From IMG/VR virus record IMGVR_UViG_3300024935_000002: a stretch of 64,000 nt of DNA; one strand, written 5' to 3'. Under the pieces are notes generated by a model. That model searched no databases, was not told where the DNA came from, and saw only the letters and a program-made list of their open reading frames with translations. Of this stretch, positions 1 to 9,741 are shown piece after piece (position 1 is the stretch's first letter; the number at the start of each line of letters is the position of its first letter). This DNA comes from an uncultured virus (IMG/VR IMGVR_UViG_3300024935_000002) (Duplodnaviria > Heunggongvirae > Uroviricota > Caudoviricetes). A program made the translations under genes and the position numbers.

Positions 1-135
1 GGCTGCACCGAGGGCGCTGACGCCCTACGCCAGTGGGCCCAGGCCAAGGAGTCCGGCCTGTACCAGCCATCCGAAGACGGATACGGCACCGACGACGAAT
101 TTGTAATGCCGCCAGATCCCGACTGGCGCACATGA
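1..135 (+). CDS. terL: Terminase large subunit, C-terminal fragment (partial)
   Basis: Frame 1 reads GCTEGADALRQWAQ...DWRT*; xxGADAxR resembles the terminase nuclease C-terminal motif; lies immediately upstream of the portal. Confidence 0.7.
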   Translation, partial: GCTEGADALRQWAQAKESGLYQPSEDGYGTDDEFVMPPDPDWRT

Positions 136-145
136 GGCGACGACC

Positions 146-2443
146 ATGAACGCTACCCAACGCACCCATACCATCGAAGAGCTGCAGGACGGCCGCGACG
201 AGCCCATCACCCGGGAAGAGTACGCCTCCATCGTGCGCGAGAGCCTGGCCCAGCCGCCATGGCGCGCCCAGGCCGACAAGGAGGCGGACTACGCAGACGG
301 CAACCAGCTGAGCACCGAACTGCTGCGTAAGTTGCAGTCCATGGGCATCCCGCCCGCCAAGGAAAACATCATTGGCCCCGCCATCCGTGCCGTGTGTGGC
401 TTTGAGGCCAAGACGCGCACCGACTGGCGCGTGACGCCGGACGGCGACCCGGGCGGCCAGGACGTGGCCGATGCGCTGAACTTCAAGCTGAACCAGGCCG
501 AGCGCCACTCCAAGGCGGATCGCGCGCTGTCGGCTGCGTTCAAGCCCGCCAGCGCCGTGGGCATCGGTTGGGTAGAGGTTGCGCGCGCCAGCAACTCCCT
601 GGAGTTCCCCTACAAGTGCCGCTACATCCACCGCAATGAAATCTGGTGGGACATGAAGGCCATCGAGCCCGACCTGTCGGACGCTCGCTGGCTCTTCCGC
701 CGCCGCTGGATCAGCCGCACCCGCGCCGCGCGCATGTTCCGCGATCACGCCACGATCATCATGAACGGGGCGGACAAGTGGATCGCGGAGTTCGGCATCC
801 AGGAGCTGGAGGGCGGACAGTCCACCGGCCTGCACGCTGCCGCCGAGGCACACCGGGCGTGGACCACGGTGGAGGACGCCTACTACAACGAGGAAAACAA
901 GACCGTCTGTATCACGGAGCTGTGGTACCGGCGCTGGGTGACGACCGTGATGCTCAAGATGAAGGACGGGCGCGCGGTGAAGTACGACCCGGCCAACGAG
1001 CTGCACCAAGCCGCGCTGTCGCTGGGCCGTGGCAAGCTGGTGGAGGAACTGCTGCCCGTGGTGCGCCGCAGCTACTGGATGGGCCCGCATTGCCTGTTCG
1101 ATGGCCCGAGCCCGTACCCACATCCGCACTTCCCCTATGTGCGCGTCATGGCCGCCCAGGAAGACCTGACCGGTATTCCCTTCGGGCTGGTGCGCGACAT
1201 GCTTTTCCCGCAGGACAACCTCAACAGCACGATTTCCAAGCTGCGCTGGGGCATGTCGGCGGTGGAGACGATCCGCACCAAGGGCGCCGTGGCCATGCCG
1301 GATGCGCAATTCCGGCAGATGGCCTCACGTGTTGATGCCGACTTTGTGCTCGACCCTGAGCACTTTCAGAATTTCCCCAATGGCGCGAAGTTCGAGCGCA
1401 AGCGCGACTTCCAGCTCAACGCGCAGCACTTCCAGCTCATGCAGGACTCGCGCGCGGCTGCTGCTGGTGTGTCGGGCGTCACACCGTCGTTCCAGGGCCA
1501 GCAAGGCACGGCAACCAGCGGCGTGCAGGAGCAGACCCAGGTAGAGCAGTCCCAGGTGTCGCTGGCCGACCTCATGGACAACTTCAAGGATGCCCGCGCC
1601 CTGGTGGGTGAAATGCTGATGGCCCTCATCATCGAGGACATCGGCAAGGAGGAAACGGTGGTGGTGATCGAGGGCGACGTGCTCAACCCGCCCCGCACAG
1701 TGGTGCTCAACAGCCCCGAGGTGGACCCGCACACCAACATCGTGCTCCTGAGCAATGACGTGCAGCGCACGCGCCTCAAGGTGGCCTTGGAGGATGTGCC
1801 CAGCTCCAGCAGCTTCCGCGCCCAGCAGCTCAACGCGCTGTCCGAGTCGATCAAGGCCGCCACGCCCGAGATCCAGCAGGTTGTGATGCCGTTCATGATC
1901 GACCTGATGGACTTGCCCCGCAAGAAGGAAGTGGTGGAGGCCATCCGCAACGCCCAGGGCCAAGCCGATCCCGAGGCCATCCGTAACCAGGTCAAGCAGG
2001 AGCTGATGCACGACCTCAAGGAGCGCGAGGTGGCCATGAAGGAGGCCGAGAGCGAGGCGCGCATTAAACAGCTGATGGCCCAAGCGGTGCAAACCGGCGT
2101 GCAAGCTGCGTTCTCTGCTATGCAAGCAGGAGCGCAGGTGGCGCAGATGCCCATGATCGCGCCCATCGCGGACAAGGTTATGCAGGGCGCTGGATACCAG
2201 CCGCCCAACCCCGGTGGCGTGGACCCGAATTTCCCTACCCCGGGCGTTACGGCCGCCATGAACATCAAGAGCCCATACATCCAGGGCGGTGGCGGTGCTG
2301 CGGCTTCGCCAGAGGCCGAGGCGCAGGGTGCGCCAGCCGTGCGCGAGAACACCAGCCCGGAATTCCCGCCCGTGCCACAAGAGGCAGGGCAGGGCATGCA
2401 GGGGATCGAGACACCCGCCCTTGCCGACAATCTGCCGCAGTGA
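146..2443 (+). CDS. Portal protein (P22/933W-like), 765 aa
   Basis: Size, position after terL, ENIIGP/IGWVEV/DLSDARW motifs and coiled-coil C-terminal barrel. Confidence 0.85.
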   Translation: MNATQRTHTIEELQDGRDEPITREEYASIVRESLAQPPWRAQADKEADYADGNQLSTELLRKLQSMGIPPAKENIIGPAIRAVCGFEAKTRTDWRVTPDGDPGGQDVADALNFKLNQAERHSKADRALSAAFKPASAVGIGWVEVARASNSLEFPYKCRYIHRNEIWWDMKAIEPDLSDARWLFRRRWISRTRAARMFRDHATIIMNGADKWIAEFGIQELEGGQSTGLHAAAEAHRAWTTVEDAYYNEENKTVCITELWYRRWVTTVMLKMKDGRAVKYDPANELHQAALSLGRGKLVEELLPVVRRSYWMGPHCLFDGPSPYPHPHFPYVRVMAAQEDLTGIPFGLVRDMLFPQDNLNSTISKLRWGMSAVETIRTKGAVAMPDAQFRQMASRVDADFVLDPEHFQNFPNGAKFERKRDFQLNAQHFQLMQDSRAAAAGVSGVTPSFQGQQGTATSGVQEQTQVEQSQVSLADLMDNFKDARALVGEMLMALIIEDIGKEETVVVIEGDVLNPPRTVVLNSPEVDPHTNIVLLSNDVQRTRLKVALEDVPSSSSFRAQQLNALSESIKAATPEIQQVVMPFMIDLMDLPRKKEVVEAIRNAQGQADPEAIRNQVKQELMHDLKEREVAMKEAESEARIKQLMAQAVQTGVQAAFSAMQAGAQVAQMPMIAPIADKVMQGAGYQPPNPGGVDPNFPTPGVTAAMNIKSPYIQGGGGAAASPEAEAQGAPAVRENTSPEFPPVPQEAGQGMQGIETPALADNLPQ

Positions 2444-2452
2444 GTCCGACCG

Positions 2453-2490
2453 GCATAGGGCTATGGCATTCCTAGGGTGGCACTGAGCAT
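2453..2490 (+). promoter_or_regulatory. Late promoter motif copy 1 (GCATAGGGC-N23-GAGCAT)
   Basis: One of eight intergenic copies with identical spacing. Confidence 0.65.
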
Positions 2491-2517
2491 CGAACCCTCA
2501 TCAACCCAGGAGTGTTC

Positions 2518-3057
2518 ATGCCACCCAATCCACAAACGCCCAGCCTCGAAGCTATCGAGGAGAAGGTGAACAGCGTCATCAATGCCGCCATGAGTCGCGC
2601 CATCAGCGAGCGCGACAGACTGGTTCAGTCGTACCAGGGTGCGATCAAGTCTGCCGATGCCCTGTCGGAGCGCGTGAAAGGCGTCGAGCGTCGTATTGAT
2701 GACCTGGAGCGCAACGCAGCCAACGTAGAGGCGGGCTCTCTGCAATTCGTAGCCGAGCTGAAAGAAGAAGTTGGTGCCCTGCGCTCCATTCTCGCCAAGG
2801 TGAACGACCAGGACGCGCAGCAGTTTGTGGATTTGGTGGGCAAGCCCGTGCGCATCGTTGGCGGCAAGCAAGACATGGTGGCAGCCGGGCTGGATGACGA
2901 TGGCCTCATGGTCTGTGTGTACGAGCGCTTCATGGAGCATTCCTACTCGGAAATCATCACCGTCGCGGTACCGCCCGCCGTGCTGACACTCGTTTCGGGC
3001 AAGAAGGAAGTAACGCCCGCTGCGAAGACCGCCCGCAAGGCTGGGAGCGCAAAGTGA
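2518..3057 (+). CDS. Hypothetical coiled-coil protein
   Basis: AGGAG RBS before ATG 2518; phage-like codon usage. Confidence 0.7.
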   Translation: MPPNPQTPSLEAIEEKVNSVINAAMSRAISERDRLVQSYQGAIKSADALSERVKGVERRIDDLERNAANVEAGSLQFVAELKEEVGALRSILAKVNDQDAQQFVDLVGKPVRIVGGKQDMVAAGLDDDGLMVCVYERFMEHSYSEIITVAVPPAVLTLVSGKKEVTPAAKTARKAGSAK

Positions 3058-3287
3058 TGGGCCCCGAACTGCGTCTGAGCATTGACGTGACAGTGACCGG
3101 TAGCACCGAGGGGGCGCACGTCGCTCCATTCGTCAATGACGCGCTGCAGGAGCTGGTCAACCGCATGGACTTCCGCGCAGGGACCATTCAGCCAGGCCGC
3201 GCAATCTGCCACGTGCGTGACCACAACGATGTGCAGGTCACTGTGGATGTGTACCCGCTGCGCATCTGTGGTCGCCGCCCGGCATAG
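3054..3287 (+). CDS. Hypothetical protein
   Basis: GTGA overlap with the upstream stop. Confidence 0.55.
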   Translation: MMGPELRLSIDVTVTGSTEGAHVAPFVNDALQELVNRMDFRAGTIQPGRAICHVRDHNDVQVTVDVYPLRICGRRPA

Positions 3288-3319
3288 GGCGCAGCGATCC
3301 GGCGCCGTGGCTTGACCAT
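3282..3319 (+). promoter_or_regulatory. Late promoter motif copy 2 (GCATAGGGC-N23-GACCAT)
   Basis: Conserved motif and spacing. Confidence 0.65.
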
Positions 3320-3383
3320 GAGGCCCTACCCGCAACGGTCAGGGTTTCGCCGCAGCCACGGCACCATCACAGGAGTTCCAGCT

Positions 3384-3674
3384 ATGTCCCGCACTTCTCG
3401 CCTTTTCGCCATCGCCGCCATTGCCTGCGTAGCCGCAGCCGGCGCCTTCGTTTCGGCTGCCGTTGCCTCTCGCGACTACGTGGTGGCCGCCGTGCACCGC
3501 GCCTGGGACTTCGTGCTCGATGGCTTCCGCATGAGTGTGGAAGTGCAGCGGGCAAGCCCGAGCCAGGACAAGCCGCGCGTGAAGCTGGTGGCGGCCAAGG
3601 CCTTCATCATGCGCATGGCCAAACGCGAGCGCCCAAACGTGACCCCGCTGTGGCGTATGTGCCCGTCCACATAA
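3384..3674 (+). CDS. Small protein with hydrophobic N-terminus
   Basis: AGGAG RBS; signal/TM segment LFAIAAIACVAAAGAFV. Confidence 0.65.
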   Translation: MSRTSRLFAIAAIACVAAAGAFVSAAVASRDYVVAAVHRAWDFVLDGFRMSVEVQRASPSQDKPRVKLVAAKAFIMRMAKRERPNVTPLWRMCPST

Positions 3675-3694
3675 GCGCCCACCGCGAACCCCAG

Positions 3695-3721
3695 AAAGCC
3701 GCCCACTGAGGCGGCTTTTTT
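3695..3721 (+). terminator. Rho-independent terminator
   Basis: AAAGCCGCC-CACTGA-GGCGGCTTTTTT. Confidence 0.8.
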
Positions 3722-3732
3722 GCGCCTACCCA

Positions 3733-3770
3733 GCATAGGGCAGAGGGTTTTTGCCACACCTGGGAATACT
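3733..3770 (+). promoter_or_regulatory. Late promoter motif copy 3 (GCATAGGGC-N23-AATACT), head operon
   Basis: Directly after a terminator, upstream of scaffold and capsid genes. Confidence 0.75.
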
Positions 3771-3934
3771 TGTTCCAAGCCCCCCGCTGTGAAGCGCCGG
3801 GCGAAACCGCACCGCTGTGAAGCGGCGCATATCCCGCAGCAGGAGAGCGGAAAGCCGGGGCGATGGCCCTGGCCAACCCTCGACCGCATGCCCAGTCAGG
3901 CCCAGCCGGATAGCTGGGATGGAGCACGCAGCAA

Positions 3935-4978
3935 ATGGCACTCACACCTGCCGAACTTCTTGAAAAGGCCCTCAGCGGCGAGTCGTTGGATGACGATGGC
4001 GCTGGCGAAGGTACGACCACCACCACGACCACCCAGGAAGACCCCAAGGACAACAACGCCGAAGGCGCAGCGGATGCTGCCAAGACCGGCGCGGCTGACC
4101 AGGGCAAGGCCACGGGCGGCGCTGGTACCACCGAAGACGACGAGCCCAAGGGCGCGCCGATTGCCAGCAAGTCTGGCGCTTACACCATTCCCTACGAGAA
4201 GTTGGAGCAGTCACGCGAGCGCGTGAAGTCTCTGGAAGGTGAAAACGAGTCCCTGCGCGCACAGCTGGCTGAGCTGAACGCCAAGCAGCAGGCGAACCTG
4301 GAACAGGCCGAGGACAAAGCCCAAGCCCGAGCGGATGCCGGGAAGGCGCAGACCCAGGCCGACCAGAACCTTGAAGCCGCGAAGACCGCCATGGGGCAGG
4401 GTGTGGATGCATCCCTGTTCGGTGACTTCTCGGAGGAAGGCATCGCCAAGGGCATCGCCGCCCTGATGGGGCGCACCCGCGAGGAGCTGCGTGAGGAACT
4501 TCGCGCCGAGCTGCGCGAAGAAGCCGCCCGCGAGTTGAAGCCTATCAAGGACCGCGAGGCCAAGGAGGTCAAGGACGAGCACTACGGCGCGATCTACGAA
4601 AAGCATCCCGATGCCAACGAGATCGTGCAGTCGGTTGAGTTCAAGGCCTGGGTCAACGGCTTGCCGGGCTTCCAGCGCGGCGCCGTGGATGCGGTGCTCC
4701 ACCCGGAAACGGGCGGCACTGCTGCGCAAGTTATCGAAGTTTTTGACACGTTCAAGGCGCAGACCGGTATGGCCGCAGCGCCTGCCGCTCAGGACAAGGG
4801 CAAGGCACCGGAGGTGCAACGCCGCGTCCCCAACTCGCTGTCGGAGATCGCGGGTGAGCAGCACCAGGACATCGCCCAACAGGTTCTGGCTTCGGCCGGT
4901 ACCAACCCCAATGCGCTCCTGGAGCGCATGCAAGACATGTCGCCCGAGCAGATCGAGCGCGTGATGAACGCCGTTTAG
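3935..4978 (+). CDS. Scaffolding protein
   Basis: Acidic disordered N-terminus, coiled coil, immediately before the capsid gene. Confidence 0.7.
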   Translation: MALTPAELLEKALSGESLDDDGAGEGTTTTTTTQEDPKDNNAEGAADAAKTGAADQGKATGGAGTTEDDEPKGAPIASKSGAYTIPYEKLEQSRERVKSLEGENESLRAQLAELNAKQQANLEQAEDKAQARADAGKAQTQADQNLEAAKTAMGQGVDASLFGDFSEEGIAKGIAALMGRTREELREELRAELREEAARELKPIKDREAKEVKDEHYGAIYEKHPDANEIVQSVEFKAWVNGLPGFQRGAVDAVLHPETGGTAAQVIEVFDTFKAQTGMAAAPAAQDKGKAPEVQRRVPNSLSEIAGEQHQDIAQQVLASAGTNPNALLERMQDMSPEQIERVMNAV

Positions 4979-5035
4979 TTTTTGAAACCGGGCCGCTCGT
5001 GATGAGCCGCCCCCGTCCCATTGAAGGAGGTCACT

Positions 5036-6331
5036 ATGACCATGAACAGCCACGTACCGGCCGGTTCCGATAAGGCGCAGTTTGTCCAGTCTGCCGGCAT
5101 GTTTGCCCTGGCCGAAAACCGCCTGTCGCGCCTTGGCCAACTCTCCGGTCCTCTGCCCAAGGGCGAGGGCAAGGTCGCGGAAATGATCCGCAAGCAGTCC
5201 AGCTCCGATTTTCCCATCGTGAAGTGCATGGACTTGTCTCGCGGCATGGGTGATGAGGTGGAATTCCACTTCGTTCAGCCGTCGAAGCGCCGCCCCATCA
5301 TGGGCTCGCGCATGGCCGAGGGTAAGGGCAAGGGCTTCGCATACGACAAGGCCCGCACCCGCGTTGACCAGGCGCGTATCCCCGTGAAGTTGGGTGACAC
5401 CATGACGAACCTGCGTTCGGCTGTGGACTTCACCAAGCTGGCACGCCCGGTGGCACAGGCCGATGCCAATGCCTATCTCGATCAGTCGATCCTGACTCAC
5501 GTGGCCGGTGCTCGTGGCTTCCACGACAACATCGAGTGGCGCCTGCCCACCGAGGACGATCCCGAGTTCGCAGAGCTGCTGGTGAACCCTGTCAAGGCAC
5601 CCACCAAGAACCGCCACTACATGGCGGACGGCACCAACGGCATCAAGTCCTTCACCGTGAGCGCTGGCGAGGCATCGCTGGCAACCACTGACGACCTGAA
5701 CATGACCGTGGTGGACGCGATCCGCACGCTCATCGAGTCCATTGCGATGCCACCTCCCGCCGTGAAGATTCCCGGCGACGTGGCTGCCGAGGATGAGCCT
5801 TTGCGCGCTCTGCTGCTGTCCCCAGCGCAGTACCACGCCTTCTCGCAGGACGATGCTTTCCGCAAGTTCCAGGTGGCGGCCCTCAACCGCGCATCGAACG
5901 CGAAGCGTCACCCCCTGTTCCTGGGCGAGGCTGGTCTGTGGAACGGCATTCTGCTGCTCAAGCAGCCCAAGCCGGTGCGCTTCTATGCGGGCAACACCAT
6001 CCGCTACGCCAACAGCTTCACCTCGGAAGCTGAAAGCTCGTGCGTGGTGCCTGCGTCGTTCACCAACACCCACGCGGTGGACCGCGCCATCCTGCTGGGT
6101 GGTCAGTCGCTGATGCAAGCCTTCGCGGCCTCTGGCCTGTCGGGCATGCCGTTCTTCTGGAACGAAGAAACCTTCGACCACAAGGACAAGCGCGAACTGA
6201 TGATCGGCGTGATCCAGGGTCTGCAGAAGGTGCGCTTTGCGGTGGACCAGGGCGACGGTACCAAGCACTGGACCGACATCGGCCCTATGGCCATCGACAC
6301 CGTGGTGAAGCTCATCCCGGGCGAACGCTGA
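5036..6331 (+). CDS. Major capsid protein (N4 gp56/DUF4043-like)
   Basis: AAGGAGG RBS; DLSRGMGDEV and HPLFLGEAGLWNGILL motifs; about 430 aa. Confidence 0.85.
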   Translation: MTMNSHVPAGSDKAQFVQSAGMFALAENRLSRLGQLSGPLPKGEGKVAEMIRKQSSSDFPIVKCMDLSRGMGDEVEFHFVQPSKRRPIMGSRMAEGKGKGFAYDKARTRVDQARIPVKLGDTMTNLRSAVDFTKLARPVAQADANAYLDQSILTHVAGARGFHDNIEWRLPTEDDPEFAELLVNPVKAPTKNRHYMADGTNGIKSFTVSAGEASLATTDDLNMTVVDAIRTLIESIAMPPPAVKIPGDVAAEDEPLRALLLSPAQYHAFSQDDAFRKFQVAALNRASNAKRHPLFLGEAGLWNGILLLKQPKPVRFYAGNTIRYANSFTSEAESSCVVPASFTNTHAVDRAILLGGQSLMQAFAASGLSGMPFFWNEETFDHKDKRELMIGVIQGLQKVRFAVDQGDGTKHWTDIGPMAIDTVVKLIPGER

Positions 6332-6397
6332 TAGGCCACGCGGGGCGCCACGTGCGCCCCGCCCCCATCCCCCTCAATTCAAGAACGGAGGCCACCC

Positions 6398-6877
6398 ATG
6401 GCAACCATCAAAGTCAAGAGCGTCGGCTACGGCGTACACCTGGGCAATACGCCCTGGGGCAATCTCACGGCGCTGCGCTATGTCGTCAAAACCGGCGCTA
6501 CTGGCGCCGTCATCAACTCCGACTCCACTGCGGCCATTGCTGCCAATGACATCGTGAACCTGGGCCATCTGCCCTCCGGTTTCCGTTTCATTGACAGCCA
6601 GGTCACTGTGGTGACGGGCATGAAGGCCACTGCCACCGGCGACTTGGGCTTTGCCTACAAGGACGGAGTGGATGACGCCGCTGTGCCGCAGGACGCGGAC
6701 TACTTCGGCGCCGGCCTGGCTATCGCCACCGCAGCCCGTCTGCGCAATGCGACCACCAACCCCAGCATTGTCCTGCCGAAGGATGCCAATCTGCTGCTGA
6801 CCGTCAAGACGGTGGGCAACGACAAGGCTTCGGAAATCGAAGTCGTGATCTACGGCATTGCCGAAGGCGTGAAGTAA
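6398..6877 (+). CDS. Probable capsid decoration/cement protein
   Basis: Beta-rich 159 aa directly after the capsid gene, GGAGG RBS. Confidence 0.55.
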   Translation: MATIKVKSVGYGVHLGNTPWGNLTALRYVVKTGATGAVINSDSTAAIAANDIVNLGHLPSGFRFIDSQVTVVTGMKATATGDLGFAYKDGVDDAAVPQDADYFGAGLAIATAARLRNATTNPSIVLPKDANLLLTVKTVGNDKASEIEVVIYGIAEGVK

Positions 6878-6925
6878 GGAACGGCGGGCCGGGAAACCGG
6901 CCTGTCTCCTTTTCTGGAGGCTCCA

Positions 6926-7381
6926 ATGAAATTTGAGTTGATCCGCTACGAGGGCACATCCCCGTACACCGACCGTACCCCCATGCGCAACGCTTGGGAG
7001 CCGGGCGAGGAAAAGCTGGTGTCCGAGGTGGATGCCAAGTTGCTGATGCGCTACCTGGAGTTCAAGCGCGTGCCCGCTGTCGCCAAGAAGGCCGCCAAGG
7101 CTGAGAAGTCCGACAAGACGAGCACGGAGCCGACCTCCAAGACCGATGACAGCAACGCCGCTGCCCTGGCCCAGGCCCAAAAGGCAACCACTGAGCAGCA
7201 GCTGCGCGAGAAGCAGGCCAGCGAGCAGATCGAGGCGACGCTGCTGGAGGTGTCGCACATGACCAAGAACGCCTTGTCGGACTTCGCCAAGGCGAACTAC
7301 GGCGTGGTGCTGGACATGAAGAACAAGGCCGATGACCTGCGCAACCAGGTCACGGCACTGGTGCAGGGCGGGCTCAACTGA
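6926..7381 (+). CDS. Hypothetical virion-region protein
   Basis: GGAGG RBS, operon position. Confidence 0.6.
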   Translation: MKFELIRYEGTSPYTDRTPMRNAWEPGEEKLVSEVDAKLLMRYLEFKRVPAVAKKAAKAEKSDKTSTEPTSKTDDSNAAALAQAQKATTEQQLREKQASEQIEATLLEVSHMTKNALSDFAKANYGVVLDMKNKADDLRNQVTALVQGGLN

Positions 7382-8076
7382 TGACGCTGGCCGATTTGAT
7401 CCGCCGCTTCCGCGTTCTGGCGGAAGACAAAGTGAAGCCGTACCTGTGGTCTGACGAAGACATCACGGACTGGCTGAACGATGCCCAGGCCCAAGCCGCC
7501 GTGCGTGGCCGCCTGCTGGTGGAGGATGCAAACCCGGCCATTTGTGAGGTGGCGGTCGTAGCGGGCCGCCATACCTACAAGCTGCACCCCACGGTGTACG
7601 AGCTGGTGCGTACCGGATTCCGTCCTACCGCTGCAGGTGGGCGCCCTTGCAAGTTCTCGCTCAAGTCGCGGGAGTGGCTGGACGCCAACTACCCGGAGTG
7701 GCGCGATGCCGACGACTGGCAGTACACCCGGGATGAGCAGCGCTACCTGGTGCAAAACGACACTTCGGTGCGCATCGTGCCGGTGCCAGGTGAGGACGGC
7801 ATGCTGACCATTGAGGCCTACCGCCTTCCTCTCAAGAAGCTGACCGCCGACAACGATACCGCTTCCCCCGAGATCCATGCCGCGCACCACGAGCACCTGA
7901 TTCAGTGGGCTCTGCACCGGGCTTTCAGCGTACCCGATTCCGAGGTGTACGACCCAGTGCGCGCGGAGAAGGCCGAGCGCGCGTTCACCGCGTACTTTGG
8001 CCCGATGCCGGACAGCGACATGCGCCGCGTCACTCGTGAGGATGTCCCGCACCACAACGAGGCGATTTTGCCGTGA
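7381..8076 (+). CDS. Probable head-tail adaptor
   Basis: MTLADLIRRFR...YLWSDEDITDWLNDAQ N-terminus typical of adaptor proteins. Confidence 0.65.
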   Translation: MTLADLIRRFRVLAEDKVKPYLWSDEDITDWLNDAQAQAAVRGRLLVEDANPAICEVAVVAGRHTYKLHPTVYELVRTGFRPTAAGGRPCKFSLKSREWLDANYPEWRDADDWQYTRDEQRYLVQNDTSVRIVPVPGEDGMLTIEAYRLPLKKLTADNDTASPEIHAAHHEHLIQWALHRAFSVPDSEVYDPVRAEKAERAFTAYFGPMPDSDMRRVTREDVPHHNEAILP

Positions 8077-8132
8077 GCCCTGCGCGCGGCTGACTGACAC
8101 ACCCACCCATTCTTTCCATCGAAGGAAACGCC

Positions 8133-8540
8133 ATGTCCAACGACGTTTACATCAAGGGTGCGAATCGCATCCTCAAGGGTCAGATCAATTTCGAGGCTGA
8201 CACCATCAAAGTAGCGCTGGTGAGCAGCGGCTATGCCCCCTCTCTGGCCGTCCACGAGTTCCTTTCGGATCTGGGCGCCAACACCATCGGCACCAACCAG
8301 ACCTTGGCAAACAAGGCGGTGGCCAACGGCACCGTGGATGCGGATGACCCGGTGTGGTCTGCCATTGCGGCGGGCAGCACCGCCAAGGCGCTGGTGATCT
8401 ACAAGGACACCGGCGTGGCGGGCACTTCGCCTTTGCTGTTCTACATTGACGAGGTGACGGGCTTCCCGCTGTCCACCAACGGCGGCGACATCGCCCCTCA
8501 GTTCGACAACGGCCCGTTGAAGATCTACTCGCTGGTGTAA
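8133..8540 (+). CDS. Virion structural protein
   Basis: DTIKVALV...DADDPVW pattern seen in phage tail proteins. Confidence 0.6.
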   Translation: MSNDVYIKGANRILKGQINFEADTIKVALVSSGYAPSLAVHEFLSDLGANTIGTNQTLANKAVANGTVDADDPVWSAIAAGSTAKALVIYKDTGVAGTSPLLFYIDEVTGFPLSTNGGDIAPQFDNGPLKIYSLV

Positions 8541-8550
8541 GAGGGCGGCC

Positions 8551-9741
8551 ATGCCCTTGACCCCAACCACCTGGGACGCCAGCGGCGCAGGCCCGAATGC
8601 CGCTATCTCGGGCGGCGGGCTGATTTACTCGACCTCCAACTACTACGCCAACGGTGTCCGCACCGTGGCGGGTACGGACGAGGGCGCTTGGTATTGGGAA
8701 TACACGCTCGACCTGTTCCCCTCGGGCTCCACATTGAAGATCGGCGTAGATGCCGATTCGGCCTCCGAGTCGGGCCTGTTTTGGTCCGGCAGTGTCAGCA
8801 CCCTCGATGAGGGCGACGTGCTGGGCTTCGCCTTCGATGTGGCTGCCAGCACCCTGGTGGTGACACGCAACGGCACGGTGTGGAAAACGCTGACCAGCGT
8901 TACCCGTGAGCCCGGAGTGCCGCCAGCTTGGGGCCCCTGTATCGCTCAGGTGGATGCATCCGGCGCGGTGCAGATCACTGCCAATTTCGGTGGGTCGGCC
9001 TTTGTGGGCACGGTCCCCGCAGGCCATGAGGCGGGCTTTGGATCGTCTGACCCCGTGCTGCTGGTGACGGGCTTCAAGAGCGCGGCCCTGGGCACCCCCA
9101 CCATTGACTACCCACCCATCATTTCAGGGTTCAAGTCGGCCAGCTTTGGCAGCCCGCGCCTGGTGCAAAAGGGCGATGTGTCTGGGCTGCAGGCCGCATC
9201 AGCATTTGGCCGCGTGGTGCTGCGCACCAACCAGGGCGCCAATGTGCGGGGATTCAAGACTGGCCGCTTCGGCTGGATCTCGGTCCCCGGTGGCGTGACC
9301 GGACCCACCAACCAGGCGGGCTATGTGGCGGGCATTCGTGGCAGTGCTTTTGGCGCTGTGGCTATGTCGGCCGTGGTAGAGCCCGAAGTCACAGGCCTGC
9401 GCAGTGGCTCGTTCGGCCCCGTGCGGGTTGCGCAGATCCTGCCAGTGCAGGGACTGCAGGCGGGGGCCTTTGGTGTTGTCGGCCTGGCGATGGCGGGCGC
9501 CGTCAAGCCCGTGCACCGTGGTGCCCTGGGGCGGCCTACCGCCGTCCTGATCCAGCCCGTAGCGGGGTTCTCTGGCGGTGCATTGGGCAAGCCACGGGCC
9601 TTTGCCAGCTCATCCCACGAGGTCAGCGGGTTTGGTGGCGGCCAGCTGGGAGCCGTCACCGGGCGCTGGACATATCGCGCATTTCCTGTCGTCGGGCGCG
9701 GCCGCTTTGGCCGCATTGTTCTGGGGAGCCTTCCATGCTGA
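8551..9741 (+). CDS. Tail/spike protein: SPRY-like N-terminal domain plus Gly-rich repeats
   Basis: GAWYWEYT and GDVLGFAFD SPRY motifs, then repeated VxGFxxxxFGxP units. Confidence 0.6.
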   Translation: MPLTPTTWDASGAGPNAAISGGGLIYSTSNYYANGVRTVAGTDEGAWYWEYTLDLFPSGSTLKIGVDADSASESGLFWSGSVSTLDEGDVLGFAFDVAASTLVVTRNGTVWKTLTSVTREPGVPPAWGPCIAQVDASGAVQITANFGGSAFVGTVPAGHEAGFGSSDPVLLVTGFKSAALGTPTIDYPPIISGFKSASFGSPRLVQKGDVSGLQAASAFGRVVLRTNQGANVRGFKTGRFGWISVPGGVTGPTNQAGYVAGIRGSAFGAVAMSAVVEPEVTGLRSGSFGPVRVAQILPVQGLQAGAFGVVGLAMAGAVKPVHRGALGRPTAVLIQPVAGFSGGALGKPRAFASSSHEVSGFGGGQLGAVTGRWTYRAFPVVGRGRFGRIVLGSLPC

